Counted from the stretch's first letter, positions 34,884 to 45,162 are shown. The stretch is 64,000 nucleotides of DNA from Candidatus Latescibacterota bacterium (GCA_965208125.1 OZ242320.1:4416001-4480000); one strand, 5' to 3'. Notes: a model not told the origin generated them from the sequence alone. A program made the numbers and translations.

Positions 34884-36805
34884 TATTCAACGGGTTCTCG
34901 CGCAACAACGCGCTGGGCGGTTGCTGCTATTGCTTCGGGTGAGATGCCCGCTTCGTCGCGCAGCGCGCCTTGTGAGCCGTGTTGGAAAAAGCGATCGGGA
35001 ATGCCCAGGGTGTGTACGCGCTGGCCCTCTCGCATCTGGTCGCTCAAGTAACGCGCAACGCCCGATCCAAACCCGCCTTCAATGGTGTTTTCTTCAACGG
35101 TGATCAGTACCTGATAGCGGTCGGCCAGATTGTCGAGCATTTCCAGATCCATGGGTTTGACAAATCGGCAATTGATTACAGCGGCAGAAATGCCGGCTTC
35201 CATGAGTTTTTCTCGCGCCTGGCAGGCGTGATCTACCATTGTGCCCACTGCGAGGAAAACCAGATCCTCACCATCGGCCAATGCTTCCCAGGAACCGATT
35301 TTCAAGACTTCGGGAGCGCGCCCTGTAAGCGGTGTATGCACGTTGCCGCGGGGATACCGAATGGCAAAGGGGTTATCGACTTGCTGCACCGCCGTGTATA
35401 ACAAATCGCGCAATTCGTCGCCGTCTTTTGGCGCGCTTACAATCATATTGGGCACGCAGGTTAAATAGGACAGATCAAAATCGCCGTGATGCGTGGGGCC
35501 ATCTGCACCCACCAGTCCGGCGCGGTCCATACAGAAAATCACCGGTGCCGATTGCAGGGCGACATCGTGGATGATCTGGTCGTAAGCCCGTTGTAAAAAT
35601 GTGGAATAAATCGCTGCGACGGGGCGCATGCCTTCAAGTGCCATTCCGGTTGAAAATGTCACGGCGTGCTGTTCGGCAATGCCCACATCAAAAAAGCGGT
35701 CGGGATGCGCTTCGGAAAAAATGTCCAGACTCGTGCCTTCGGACATTGCGGCTGTCACGCCTACAATGCGGCTGTCATTATTGGCAAGCTCAATCATTGC
35801 TTCGCCAAAAACCGTCTGATATTTGGGCAGTGGGGTTTTGGGGGATGGCGGGCTGATCGAATGATATTTTATCGAAGCGGCACCATACGGATCTTCCTCA
35901 TCTTCTTGAATTGCGCCCTTGCCCTTAATGGTGTGTACGTGCAATAGCACAGGACCCTTCAGATCCCGCACATTCTTCAGGGTTTTTACCATCTCTTCCA
36001 GATTATTGCCGTCCAGAGGTCCCAGGTACAAAAATCCCAGTTCTTCAAAAAGAATGCCCGGTACCAGCAGGCCCTTTAACCCTTCTTCGAACCCACTCAG
36101 CGCGCGGCGTAGATTTTCGCCTACGACGGGAATGCGCCCGGCCAAATTCCAGACTTCTCTTTTGATTTTTTTGTAAAGCGGATCATTTGTGATCCGATCT
36201 CTCACGCGATTGTAAATCGGATCGGTGATAATGCGCGTCAAATAATGCGAAATAGCGCCGACATTGGGCGAGATTGACATGCGATTGTCATTGAGAATGA
36301 CGAGCAGGTCGCGATTGGATGCACCGGCATTGTTCAATCCTTCAAGCGCGATCCCACTCGTTATAGCACCGTCGCCAATAACGGCGACTACTTTGTGCTT
36401 TTCGCCCATCAAATCGCGCTGTGTCGCAAATCCCAGTGCTGCGGAGATCGATGTGCCCGCATGTCCTACGGCAAATGTGTCGTACGGACTCTCTGATCGC
36501 ATCGGGAACCCACTGATGCCGCCCGGCTGGCGAATGGTTTTGAGTGCTTCGCGCCGCCCGGTAAGTACTTTGTGCCCGTACGCCTGATGCCCCACATCCC
36601 ACACAATTTTGTCCTGAGGCGTGTTGTATAGATGGTGCAGAGCCACCGTCAATTCCGCCGCCCCCAGGCTGGATCCAAAATGTCCACCAATCTCAGTCAC
36701 TACGTCAATGATATATTGCCGCAATTCCGCACAGACCTGGTGCAATTCTTCTATTGACAGGGACTTTAAGTCGTCAGGTGAATTGATTGTTTCGAGAAGG
36801 GACAT
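34880..36805 (-). CDS. dxs: 1-deoxy-D-xylulose-5-phosphate synthase
   Basis: GGHFGSSLG, WDVGHQAYGHK, GDGA..LNDN, DVGIAEQHA, YSTFLQRAYDQ, DGPTH, IRYPRG. Confidence 0.97.
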   Translation of the reverse strand: MSLLETINSPDDLKSLSIEELHQVCAELRQYIIDVVTEIGGHFGSSLGAAELTVALHHLYNTPQDKIVWDVGHQAYGHKVLTGRREALKTIRQPGGISGFPMRSESPYDTFAVGHAGTSISAALGFATQRDLMGEKHKVVAVIGDGAITSGIALEGLNNAGASNRDLLVILNDNRMSISPNVGAISHYLTRIITDPIYNRVRDRITNDPLYKKIKREVWNLAGRIPVVGENLRRALSGFEEGLKGLLVPGILFEELGFLYLGPLDGNNLEEMVKTLKNVRDLKGPVLLHVHTIKGKGAIQEDEEDPYGAASIKYHSISPPSPKTPLPKYQTVFGEAMIELANNDSRIVGVTAAMSEGTSLDIFSEAHPDRFFDVGIAEQHAVTFSTGMALEGMRPVAAIYSTFLQRAYDQIIHDVALQSAPVIFCMDRAGLVGADGPTHHGDFDLSYLTCVPNMIVSAPKDGDELRDLLYTAVQQVDNPFAIRYPRGNVHTPLTGRAPEVLKIGSWEALADGEDLVFLAVGTMVDHACQAREKLMEAGISAAVINCRFVKPMDLEMLDNLADRYQVLITVEENTIEGGFGSGVARYLSDQMREGQRVHTLGIPDRFFQHGSQGALRDEAGISPEAIAATAQRVVAREPVEY

Positions 36806-36910
36806 GATGTCTCTCCTTGTGACAGGGTCAGTAATGCTGTCCGCAATATAGGTTTAATATAAGCAACACTTGAAAAATCACAAAGTTCTAAAAGATAAAC
36901 CATAAACACA

Positions 36911-36947
36911 AAATCGGGCATGCCGAGTCATTCGATATGCCCGATTT
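36911..36947 (-). terminator. Rho-independent terminator after the SDR gene
   Basis: 11-bp perfect inverted repeat aaatcgggcat/atgcccgattt followed by a T-rich tract on the minus strand. Confidence 0.75.
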
Positions 36948-36961
36948 CATTGTGCGATGGC

Positions 36962-37741
36962 TCAAAAAGCCGTGGGTCTTCCCTGCGCGCCATCTACGGG
37001 AATGGATGCGCCGTTGATCCAACTCGCGCGATCGGATGAGAGAAATACGACGACATCGGCGACTTCAAAGTCCGTGCCGAGTCGCTGTGCGGGAAATTCG
37101 CGCGTGCGGAATATCTCGTATTCTTCCGGCGTTTCGTTTTGGAAGCGTTCCCAGCCGCCGCCTGAGAAAAGGAGCGAGCCTGGGCAGACGGTGTTGACGC
37201 GGATGTTGTGGTCTGCCAGTTCCCACGCGAGCGCGCCAGCGAGAAATATTTCAGCCGCTTTGGTCGCGCCGTATTGCGCGCCCCTGTTTGCGGGTTTCCA
37301 ACCGGATATGGAAGAGATGGTGACGATACTGCCGCCATTTCTTTTTGTCATGTGGGGAACAGCTTCGCGGCTGGCGCGAACCGCGTGAAAGAGGTTGAGG
37401 TCAAAGGTTTGCTGCCAATCGGCGTCTGTGGAGGTGAGCAGTTCGCGCGATCCGGCTGTGCCGCCCACGTTGTTGACGAGGATATCAACGCCGCCGAGTG
37501 CATCTGCGGCTGTATTGACAAATCGCTCGGTTTCGCCGGGTTCGGCTACATCGAGCGCGAGTCCAAATACCTCGACGTCGTGTGCGCGAATTTCGTCGAG
37601 TGTTTTGTCTATGCCTGCTTGCCCGCGCGCGCACAGGGCGATGTTGCAACCTTCTGCGGCAAATCGCAATGCGGTTGCGCGACCAATACCGCGGCTGCCC
37701 CCGGTGATGAGGGCGATTTTATTGGTGAGATTGAGGTCCAT
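36962..37741 (-). CDS. SDR family oxidoreductase
   Basis: TGGSRGIG, LVNNVGG, YGATK, VNTVCPG. Confidence 0.92.
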   Translation of the reverse strand: MDLNLTNKIALITGGSRGIGRATALRFAAEGCNIALCARGQAGIDKTLDEIRAHDVEVFGLALDVAEPGETERFVNTAADALGGVDILVNNVGGTAGSRELLTSTDADWQQTFDLNLFHAVRASREAVPHMTKRNGGSIVTISSISGWKPANRGAQYGATKAAEIFLAGALAWELADHNIRVNTVCPGSLLFSGGGWERFQNETPEEYEIFRTREFPAQRLGTDFEVADVVVFLSSDRASWINGASIPVDGAQGRPTAF

Positions 37742-37752
37742 GATCAAATCCT

Positions 37753-38922
37753 TCAATCCTGTTCAACCTGCGGTGGGTGGGCGAAGTCGTGATACCGCTC
37801 GCGGATATTGCCATCGGTGGCGTCGCCTTTGTGAAAATAATAGCGATAAATACCGACGAGCGACTCGCCCTGCGAGAGTGTGTGATGCCCGCGGCGACTT
37901 TCATCGCCGTAAAAATACGAGTGTCCAAAAGGATTGGCTGTCATCAACCCGTAATTGCGTACGTGCCAGTGCGTGGGATGCCGGAAGCTGTCGGGGTGAT
38001 CCATGATGGCAACGCCTGTTATATTGCCGTTTACTGGACCTGAATAATGGCACCACGGCGCGCGTTTTCCCCAGGTCTCGTCTTCATCGATGCCGCCAAT
38101 GCCGTTCTCGATTTTGCCGCCGAGGTCGCGCTTGACTTCCATTGACTCTTCTACGCGAATAGACGCCAGACCGCCTTCTTTTGTGTCGCCGAATAACACA
38201 TCCATATTTTGGGCGGTGAGCGTGAGGCGCAAATCCATGATTCGTATGGAAGAGGGCGTGTTGTACACAATCCACTCGGCACGCTGATCCAAAATCTCAC
38301 GATTTCTACCCGGAGGTCCTGTCCAACCATCCATGCCGACCCAGTCGCTATTTGATACAATTCGCCCCAATACGGGTCCGCTTTCGAGCAATTCAAAGTC
38401 CCGATGCAAAATGCGCCCGTGAGATTCGCCTTCTGACCAGTTGTCCGCGCCGTTCACTTCTCCGTGTGCAATCCAGATTGAACGATGGTGATGGTGATCC
38501 ATTTCCCGTCCGTCTGCCGGTGTAGCCAATCGCCGCGTTACCGGATCGCCATAAGGCCCGATGACGGGATACAAAAGTGGTCGCGCGAGTTCTTTGCCAT
38601 AGCAATAGGTCGTAAAATGCTGGCCGCCAATCGAGACAGAGACTTCACTTTCCCCTTGTGATACTTCCACACCGCGTCCAGAGTCCGCTGGTTCTTTTCC
38701 TATTGCGAGTTCGTACTCAGCGGTTTGTCCCGCTTCGAGATTATCGACAATGAAATTGACCTGCAAACCGTCGCTTAGGGGCGTTACCTGACAGGGAACT
38801 TCTGCATTTTCCGTGCTCAAGGTTGCCGTTGTCGCGCTTTCTGGTATTTCGACCACCGCCGAAACCGGACAGTTGATCCGATTGTGAGGGCCTGCGTGAA
38901 CGGTCAGTTTTACTGTTGCCAT
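37753..38922 (-). CDS. PmoA-family/DUF6807 soluble protein of unknown function
   Basis: RPLLYPV, DHHHHRSIW, GDTKEG..IRV, WHVRNYGLMTANPF; GGAGG RBS before ATG 38922. Confidence 0.8.
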   Translation of the reverse strand: MATVKLTVHAGPHNRINCPVSAVVEIPESATTATLSTENAEVPCQVTPLSDGLQVNFIVDNLEAGQTAEYELAIGKEPADSGRGVEVSQGESEVSVSIGGQHFTTYCYGKELARPLLYPVIGPYGDPVTRRLATPADGREMDHHHHRSIWIAHGEVNGADNWSEGESHGRILHRDFELLESGPVLGRIVSNSDWVGMDGWTGPPGRNREILDQRAEWIVYNTPSSIRIMDLRLTLTAQNMDVLFGDTKEGGLASIRVEESMEVKRDLGGKIENGIGGIDEDETWGKRAPWCHYSGPVNGNITGVAIMDHPDSFRHPTHWHVRNYGLMTANPFGHSYFYGDESRRGHHTLSQGESLVGIYRYYFHKGDATDGNIRERYHDFAHPPQVEQD

Positions 38923-39012
38923 TGTTATCCTCCGTAATAGTGATATAAGAATATATGTCGCGTATGAGGTTACGAAATCCATTGCCAAAGTCAAGCCTTT
39001 CGCACAAAGCCG

Positions 39013-39041
39013 TTGACATCCCCCAGGGGGGCAATTATCAT
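39013..39041 (+). promoter_or_regulatory. Sigma70-like promoter for the epimerase operon
   Basis: TTGACA-17 bp-TATCAT upstream of ATG 39085. Confidence 0.65.
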
Positions 39042-39084
39042 AAGGCCGAAAAATTGTCATTATTTATTTTATCTGGAGATCAAT

Positions 39085-40011
39085 ATGTCCATTCTCGTTA
39101 CCGGAGGCTCTGGCTTTGTCGGTTCTTGGGTCGCCAAACTCCTCGCCGAAGAGGGCGAAGACGTCATCGCTTTTGATATGTTTGAACGGCACGACGATTT
39201 TTTGTCCCAGGTGTCTGATCGCATCACCTTTGTTGAAGGCAATATCCTGGGCTTCGCACATATTAATGAGATTGTGTGCAATAACCCGGACCTCACGGGT
39301 ATTGTTCACACGGCCGCGCTTTTGGGAGGAGATGTGCGCGACAATCCCCATTTTGCGACACAGGTCAATGTGGGGGGGACGCACAACATCCTCGAAGTTG
39401 CGCGACAGGCTGGCAGTCTGAAGGTGGTATATGTATCCAGCGGCGCGGTTTATGGCAAGCAAGACGGACCGCTGACTGAAGACACCCCCATGATTCCCAG
39501 CGATCCCTATGGCGCGACCAAGGCTATGTCAGAACATCTCTGCCACCAGTATTATGCGACTTATGGCGTTGATGTTCTATGTGCTCGCCTCTTTTTTTTA
39601 TATGGTCCTCCCAATGCACCTGGTCCGGACGCGGGTTTTAATACGCGCATTTTTGCCGGGCTAAGTGGACAGGATGTAAGCCTGCCCAAAGGCCGCGATC
39701 AAAAGGCGGATTGGACTTATATCGAAGATGCAGCACGGGGTGTTTTGCTCATGCTCAGGGCGACAAATGCCGCCAGTCGATCTTTTAATATAGCGACGGG
39801 CACGTACAATCCCATTGACGAAATTATCGAAGTCGTGCGGCGGCATTCGCCGGGCAATCCCCGGTATGAGGTTGGACCGGGCGTCAACCTCGAGCGCGGC
39901 GCGCCACTCGATATTACCCTTGCCCGAGACCAGCTCGGTTACGAGCCTAAATACGATCTCGAATCCGGCGTGCGGGCTTACCGCGCCTGGTTTGATCAAC
40001 GGAGTGTGTAA
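39085..40011 (+). CDS. NAD-dependent epimerase/dehydratase
   Basis: VTGGSGFVG, HTAA, SSGAVYG, YGATK. Confidence 0.92.
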   Translation: MSILVTGGSGFVGSWVAKLLAEEGEDVIAFDMFERHDDFLSQVSDRITFVEGNILGFAHINEIVCNNPDLTGIVHTAALLGGDVRDNPHFATQVNVGGTHNILEVARQAGSLKVVYVSSGAVYGKQDGPLTEDTPMIPSDPYGATKAMSEHLCHQYYATYGVDVLCARLFFLYGPPNAPGPDAGFNTRIFAGLSGQDVSLPKGRDQKADWTYIEDAARGVLLMLRATNAASRSFNIATGTYNPIDEIIEVVRRHSPGNPRYEVGPGVNLERGAPLDITLARDQLGYEPKYDLESGVRAYRAWFDQRSV

Positions 40012-40027
40012 ATAACAGGAGAAGACG

Positions 40028-40966
40028 ATGTCAAATAAAACGCTTCGCTATTTAGACGATGGCAGTATTGAACTGTTTGAACAGGTGGTGTCCGATCCCG
40101 GTGAGAACGAAGTGCAAATTGAAGGCGGCGCGTGTGGGATATGTTCGTGGGATGTGGTTACGGCTAAGCTCGGCAATCAGATGTACCCGATGGCACCACC
40201 GGGACACGAAGGCGTTGGTTATATCGCCAAAATAGGTGCTGGTGTTACGGATTTCAAAGAGGGCGATCGGGTTGCTGGCGGTGGTTTTGCCAATGTTCGC
40301 AACTTATCCGCTCAGCGCGTTTTCAAAATTCCAGAATCCGATTTGCCGGATGAATACTGGATTGTCGAACCCGTGTCCTGTGCTGTTACGGGTATTGACC
40401 ATTGCCAGATTCAGCCCGGGAATCGCATTGTGGTCGTCGGCTGTGGATTTATGGGCTTGCTGATTTTGCAAGGGCTTCTGCGCTATCCGCTCGACGAGTT
40501 GATCGTTCTGGATATTGTTCAAAGCCGTCTGGATTTGGCACAACAACTCGGCGTTGGCGAGGTGTATAATACGGCTGAGGTTGATCTTTCTGATCTATCG
40601 TGGGAACTCAAGAGCAGAGAGATTGACGTGGTTGTCGATACTTCTGGCAGCCAGGCCGGTCTGGATCTATCTACCGATATTGTGAAACGGGGCGGGCGCA
40701 TCAATCTCTTTGGCTGGCTCAAAGGGCAGACCGCCTCTTTTGACCCCACAAAGTGGCATTTGGGGGGATTCACCGTTGTCAATTCCGCGCCGGCTTCAAA
40801 ATTGCGAGATACTTTTGGCCCTGCAATTCGCCTCATTCACAAAGGTATTATTGATCTCAAACCGCTGGTGACACATACGGCAGCGCTCGAAGATTATCCG
40901 TCTTTGATGGCGCAAATTTTGGCGGGTGATGAGAGCTATATCAAAGGGGTTGTGACACTGAAATAG
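40028..40966 (+). CDS. Zinc-binding alcohol dehydrogenase (MDR family)
   Basis: CGICSWD, GHEG, EPVSC, VVGCGFMG. Confidence 0.88.
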   Translation: MSNKTLRYLDDGSIELFEQVVSDPGENEVQIEGGACGICSWDVVTAKLGNQMYPMAPPGHEGVGYIAKIGAGVTDFKEGDRVAGGGFANVRNLSAQRVFKIPESDLPDEYWIVEPVSCAVTGIDHCQIQPGNRIVVVGCGFMGLLILQGLLRYPLDELIVLDIVQSRLDLAQQLGVGEVYNTAEVDLSDLSWELKSREIDVVVDTSGSQAGLDLSTDIVKRGGRINLFGWLKGQTASFDPTKWHLGGFTVVNSAPASKLRDTFGPAIRLIHKGIIDLKPLVTHTAALEDYPSLMAQILAGDESYIKGVVTLK

Positions 40967-40982
40967 AATATGGGATGAGATT

Positions 40983-42611
40983 ATGAATGCATCAGGTGAA
41001 ACGCTGTACAATGGGATTGTGTTGCCAGAGACCTGGCCCCCTCGCGATGTGGATGAAGGCGGCACGGCACCTGTTCCCGTTCCCTATTTGGACGATCCGC
41101 CAGAGGTAATTTGCATCGATCTGGGCAGGCAGTTATTTGTAGATGATTTTTTGATTGCATCTACTTCTCTAACGAGGGTTTTTGGCGAGGCAAAAGTCCA
41201 CGAGGCGAGTCCCGTTCTGAGTCCCGAGACGGATGAAGAGATGGACAATGGCTATTGTCCGATGGCTGCACCGTTTAATGACGGTGCGTGGTACGACCCC
41301 GAAGATGGTTTGTTTAAGCTGTGGTACATGCCGGGCTGGTTTCACAGTACGGCAATGGCAATGAGTCGAGATGGTATCCACTGGGAGCGTCCGGATCTCG
41401 ATGTTGTGCGCGGTACAAATCTCGTATGGCCCAATCGGGATGGATACGATAGAGATGGGTGTCTGGTGTGGCTGGACTATGATGCGGAAAGATCTGAAGA
41501 ACGTTTTAAGATGTTTCAATATTATCGGTATGATACAAGGAGAAACGCGACTGTATCAGAAGGCTGGTTGCACACATCGCCCGATGGGATTCACTGGTCT
41601 GATCCTGTTGTGACAACACCCGTGGGCGATAATTCGTCATTTTTTTACAATCCATTTCGCAAAAAGTGGTGTATGAGCATTCGGCGGCAGAGTGCCAATT
41701 TGCGCGCGCGATTTTATCGGGAGTGCGATGATTTTTTACCTACATGGGATCAGGATAGAGATGAGGTTCTCTGGCAGCGCATTGACAGTCTCGCACTGCC
41801 CGATCCCGCACTGCCCGATCACCGAGTCGCACTTTACGATGTGAATGCAACGCCTTATGAGAGTTTGATGCTGGGGCTGTTCGCAATTTTTCGCGGGCCT
41901 GAAAATGATATTTGTGCGGAGAAGGGTGTACCCAAAACAATGGATTTGGAACTGGGGTATAGCCGCGATGGGTTTCATTTTAGCCGCCCAAATCGCACGC
42001 CTTTTCTCGCCTCGTCGCGCCGTATTGGCGATTGGAATCGGGCGTATTTGCACGCGGTGGGCGGCGTTTGTATGGTTGTGGGGGATGAAGTGTGGATTTA
42101 TTTTACGGGTTTTTCCGGTCAGTCGCCAAAGCTCGGTAAGACAGATGTGGGAGCGTTTGGGCGAAGTCGGCGCGTGATGTATGCGGGCGCGAGTACGGGG
42201 TTGGCGACTATTCGGCGAGACGGCTTTGCATCTATGGATGCAGATGCCAGTGGCGGTATCCTGACCACGCGTCCTGTGGTTTTTAAGGGGCACAGGTTAT
42301 TTGTGAATGTGGAGGTGCCGAAGGGTGAATTGCGGGTGGAAGTGCTGGAAGAAAATGGGCGGCCAGTCGAGGGTTTAAGTGCGGATCAGTGTGTACCGCT
42401 TTGTGTGGATCGCACCTGTTGCGAGGTTTTGTGGACTTCTGGAAAAAATTTATCTTCGATTGCTGGGCGTCCTGTGGTATTCAGGTTTTATTTGCGATCG
42501 GGGCGATTATTTTCGTTTTGGGTTACGGATGATCCCAATGGGGCGAGTTCTGGATATATGGCGGCCGGTGGACCCGGTTGTACAAAGGGTCGGGATTTGC
42601 CTGGGGGATGA
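40983..42611 (+). CDS. Glycoside hydrolase-like five-bladed beta-propeller (GH32/43-like)
   Basis: RQLFVDD, SRDGIHW, SPDGIHW, SRDGFHF, RRDGF motifs. Confidence 0.7.
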   Translation: MNASGETLYNGIVLPETWPPRDVDEGGTAPVPVPYLDDPPEVICIDLGRQLFVDDFLIASTSLTRVFGEAKVHEASPVLSPETDEEMDNGYCPMAAPFNDGAWYDPEDGLFKLWYMPGWFHSTAMAMSRDGIHWERPDLDVVRGTNLVWPNRDGYDRDGCLVWLDYDAERSEERFKMFQYYRYDTRRNATVSEGWLHTSPDGIHWSDPVVTTPVGDNSSFFYNPFRKKWCMSIRRQSANLRARFYRECDDFLPTWDQDRDEVLWQRIDSLALPDPALPDHRVALYDVNATPYESLMLGLFAIFRGPENDICAEKGVPKTMDLELGYSRDGFHFSRPNRTPFLASSRRIGDWNRAYLHAVGGVCMVVGDEVWIYFTGFSGQSPKLGKTDVGAFGRSRRVMYAGASTGLATIRRDGFASMDADASGGILTTRPVVFKGHRLFVNVEVPKGELRVEVLEENGRPVEGLSADQCVPLCVDRTCCEVLWTSGKNLSSIAGRPVVFRFYLRSGRLFSFWVTDDPNGASSGYMAAGGPGCTKGRDLPGG

Positions 42612-42626
42612 ATATAGGAGAAAAAA

Positions 42627-43631
42627 ATGAGTCGAGAAATGGGTGTTGGTATTGTCGGGTATGGGAAAGTTGCTACGGGAGCACACAGGAACTGGATTAA
42701 CAACCGAGAAGATACGCGGTTGACAGCCGTGTGCGATATGACCGAGGTGCGCCGTCAGGCGGCGGCAAAAGATAATCCCGAAGCGGCGATTTACGAGCAT
42801 TTTGGCGATTTGCTATCGGATGATGGCGTTCAGTTGGTTATTGTGACCACACCGCCGAATACGCATTGTGAACTTGCGGTACAGGCTGCTGAGGCGGGTA
42901 AGCATGTGTTTGTGGATAAGCCGTTTGCGATGACGCGCGCCGAAGCCGAACAGATGATTGATGCTGCCGAGCAGGCCGGTGTGGTGATTCATTGCCATCA
43001 GTCGCGGCGATATGATGGGGAGTATCGGGCGATTGTGAAGTGTGTGGCAAGTGGGCGCATCGGGGAGGTGCAGCATGTGCGTCGGGTGTGGTCGCAATAC
43101 GGCGAAGGATGGACTAAGTGGGGGATTGAGGGCTTTAATCCGACGTGGCGCATTCAACGCGATTATGGCGGTGGGATGGTGTACGATTATGCGCCGCACT
43201 GTGGCGATCAGGTGCTTCGGCTCGTCGATCGTCCGTTAACTGACGTGTCGGCAGATGCGCGCGGCATTGTATTCAGCGATGAGGTAGATGACCATTTTTC
43301 ATGTCTGATGCGGTTTGAAGGGGGTGTGACAGCGTATCTGGAGGCGAGCAATATGACGATTCTTCCCGCGCCTCACTGGTATGTGGTGGGTACGAAGGGA
43401 TGTATTACCGCACAGGGGGTCAATAGCCAAATCACTGTGCAGACGGAAGATATGGATTCTGCCGAGACGATAGAGGCCATTCACGAACGCAATCAGCTCT
43501 ATGAAAATTTGATCGCCGCGTGCCGGGGAGAGGCAAAGCCGAATGTGACGCCCGATCAATTGCGTGCCTCAATGGGGTTGATTGACGCGATTTTTAAATC
43601 GGCAAAGACGGGACAGCAGGTGGCGATTTAG
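42627..43631 (+). CDS. Gfo/Idh/MocA family oxidoreductase
   Basis: GIVGYG, GKHVFVDKP, GGGMVYDYAPH. Confidence 0.9.
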   Translation: MSREMGVGIVGYGKVATGAHRNWINNREDTRLTAVCDMTEVRRQAAAKDNPEAAIYEHFGDLLSDDGVQLVIVTTPPNTHCELAVQAAEAGKHVFVDKPFAMTRAEAEQMIDAAEQAGVVIHCHQSRRYDGEYRAIVKCVASGRIGEVQHVRRVWSQYGEGWTKWGIEGFNPTWRIQRDYGGGMVYDYAPHCGDQVLRLVDRPLTDVSADARGIVFSDEVDDHFSCLMRFEGGVTAYLEASNMTILPAPHWYVVGTKGCITAQGVNSQITVQTEDMDSAETIEAIHERNQLYENLIAACRGEAKPNVTPDQLRASMGLIDAIFKSAKTGQQVAI

Positions 43632-44353
43632 CCGGGTTTTGTCCAGTAGGCTTCAAGTTTGTCCCGGGGATCAAAGCCGAGTATTGTGCGTGCGCGCGCA
43701 TTTGGGAAGCGGTTGTGCGGCAGGTCTGTGGTGATGAAGAAGGCTTCAAAGCGCGATGGGAGTGTTTGAATATCGACTTCTATGGCGCACTTAACGGCTT
43801 GTGCGGCATCTCTGGCCGATATGCTGAGGGTGCTGTCATCGGTGTTGTGTGGATCGGCGGTGGGTTCTCGAAAGCGCGAGAAGATGAGCGAGAGGACGTG
43901 CAGCGGATGGTGTTCGCTGAAGAGTCGGCAGATTTCGAGGCCGAGGCCTTTGCTCATCGCATAGAGTTCTGTGCCGGGTTGTGGAGGGATTTTTTCAGAA
44001 ATGGTATGGTCGTAATCGAGGTAGGAAGGGCCGACGAGTGAGAAGCGCGGTCCCGTGTTGATAAAGCGTTTCATGTTACAGGCCACTGCGGCGCGGAGTG
44101 CATTGTGCGTTCCCATTGTGTTCACGCCAAAAGCGATTTTGCGATGGGTGCGCTGAACAGAGCAGTTGATGATGACGTCCATGCCCTCTGCAGCGGACAT
44201 GACCTGGGCGAAATCGGATACATCGATCTGCCGCGTGTCGTGCGGTGTATCGATGGGCATGAGGTCGGTGACGCGAAGCTGGTGGTGGTCTTCGAGCGCT
44301 TTGACGACATAAGGACCGAGAAAGCCGTTGCCACCGAGGATGAGGATATTCAT
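43628..44353 (-). CDS. NAD-dependent epimerase/dehydratase (uronate dehydrogenase-like)
   Basis: ILGGNGFLG, YAMSK. Confidence 0.82.
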   Translation of the reverse strand: MNILILGGNGFLGPYVVKALEDHHQLRVTDLMPIDTPHDTRQIDVSDFAQVMSAAEGMDVIINCSVQRTHRKIAFGVNTMGTHNALRAAVACNMKRFINTGPRFSLVGPSYLDYDHTISEKIPPQPGTELYAMSKGLGLEICRLFSEHHPLHVLSLIFSRFREPTADPHNTDDSTLSISARDAAQAVKCAIEVDIQTLPSRFEAFFITTDLPHNRFPNARARTILGFDPRDKLEAYWTKPG

Positions 44354-45162
44354 GGGATTTGGGTAACGCGCGGGCGATTTGTGCGGTAGGGAGGTTCGAG
44401 CAGAGCGCGTTGTGTGGGTGTGAATTCGTCGAGCGCGTTTTCAACATCTGGCGGCAAATACCGCGCTGAATAGGTCAGCGTGCCGGGCGAGTATTTGTAG
44501 AGAATAGATCTGCGTTGATGGTCGGCTGTCCAGGGGAGCGTGCCATGTGCCAGTGCTTCTGTGAATATGATGGCCGATCCCGCTTTTGCCGGGACTTGCT
44601 TTACTACGCCCATATCCCGATCTACACGTGCGACATCGCGAGGAGTTCTGTAGTTGGATTTGTGGCTGCCGGGAATGCAGGCAAATCCGCCCTCGCCGGG
44701 GTTGCAATCGGTGAGTACCCACGAGACGACGGTGAGGCCACAGCGCATGCGTCCGTTGTGAAATTGATAGAAGTGCGTCAGGTCGTCAGCGGTGCCCCCG
44801 CCGTGGATGACATGGCCCTCGGCTCCTTTTTCCATGATGATGCCATAGAGGTGGTCCAGACGACAGTCTTCGCGCAGCAATTCCGCGACGTAGGGCACGA
44901 TGTTTGGATGGGCGAGTAAATCGCGGAAGGGTTGGCACCAGGGTTTGGGCCAGGTGAGCATGCCACCCAAATCGGTGCGCCCGTGTTTGCCCTTGAGTGT
45001 TTTGGACTCACCGGAGAGGGATTGCTCTGGCGGACGAATGCGCATCCTGTCGGGGTTGTTGTCAATGGCTTTGTTACACGCGGCAATTTCGTCGGGTGTT
45101 AGAGCGTCTTCGACGACGAGGTAGCCGTTGAGGTCAAAGAAGAATTTTTCATGTTCGTCCAT
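44350..45162 (-). CDS. Phytanoyl-CoA dioxygenase (PhyH) family Fe(II)/2OG enzyme
   Basis: FDLNGYLVVEDAL, GGFACIPGSHK, AGSAIIFTEALAHG. Confidence 0.88.
   Translation of the reverse strand: MDEHEKFFFDLNGYLVVEDALTPDEIAACNKAIDNNPDRMRIRPPEQSLSGESKTLKGKHGRTDLGGMLTWPKPWCQPFRDLLAHPNIVPYVAELLREDCRLDHLYGIIMEKGAEGHVIHGGGTADDLTHFYQFHNGRMRCGLTVVSWVLTDCNPGEGGFACIPGSHKSNYRTPRDVARVDRDMGVVKQVPAKAGSAIIFTEALAHGTLPWTADHQRRSILYKYSPGTLTYSARYLPPDVENALDEFTPTQRALLEPPYRTNRPRVTQIP

Noticed and set aside
37753-38922. Methane monooxygenase subunit PmoA
   Set aside because: The family name is misleading: the protein is soluble, has no TM helices, and no pmoB/pmoC is adjacent
38923-39084. N-terminal extensions given by the ORF track (also 23023-23193, 47695-47778, 14726-14845, 55630-55713)
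   Set aside because: Downstream ATGs have better RBS or family-typical N-termini; the extensions overlap promoters, repeats or neighbouring genes
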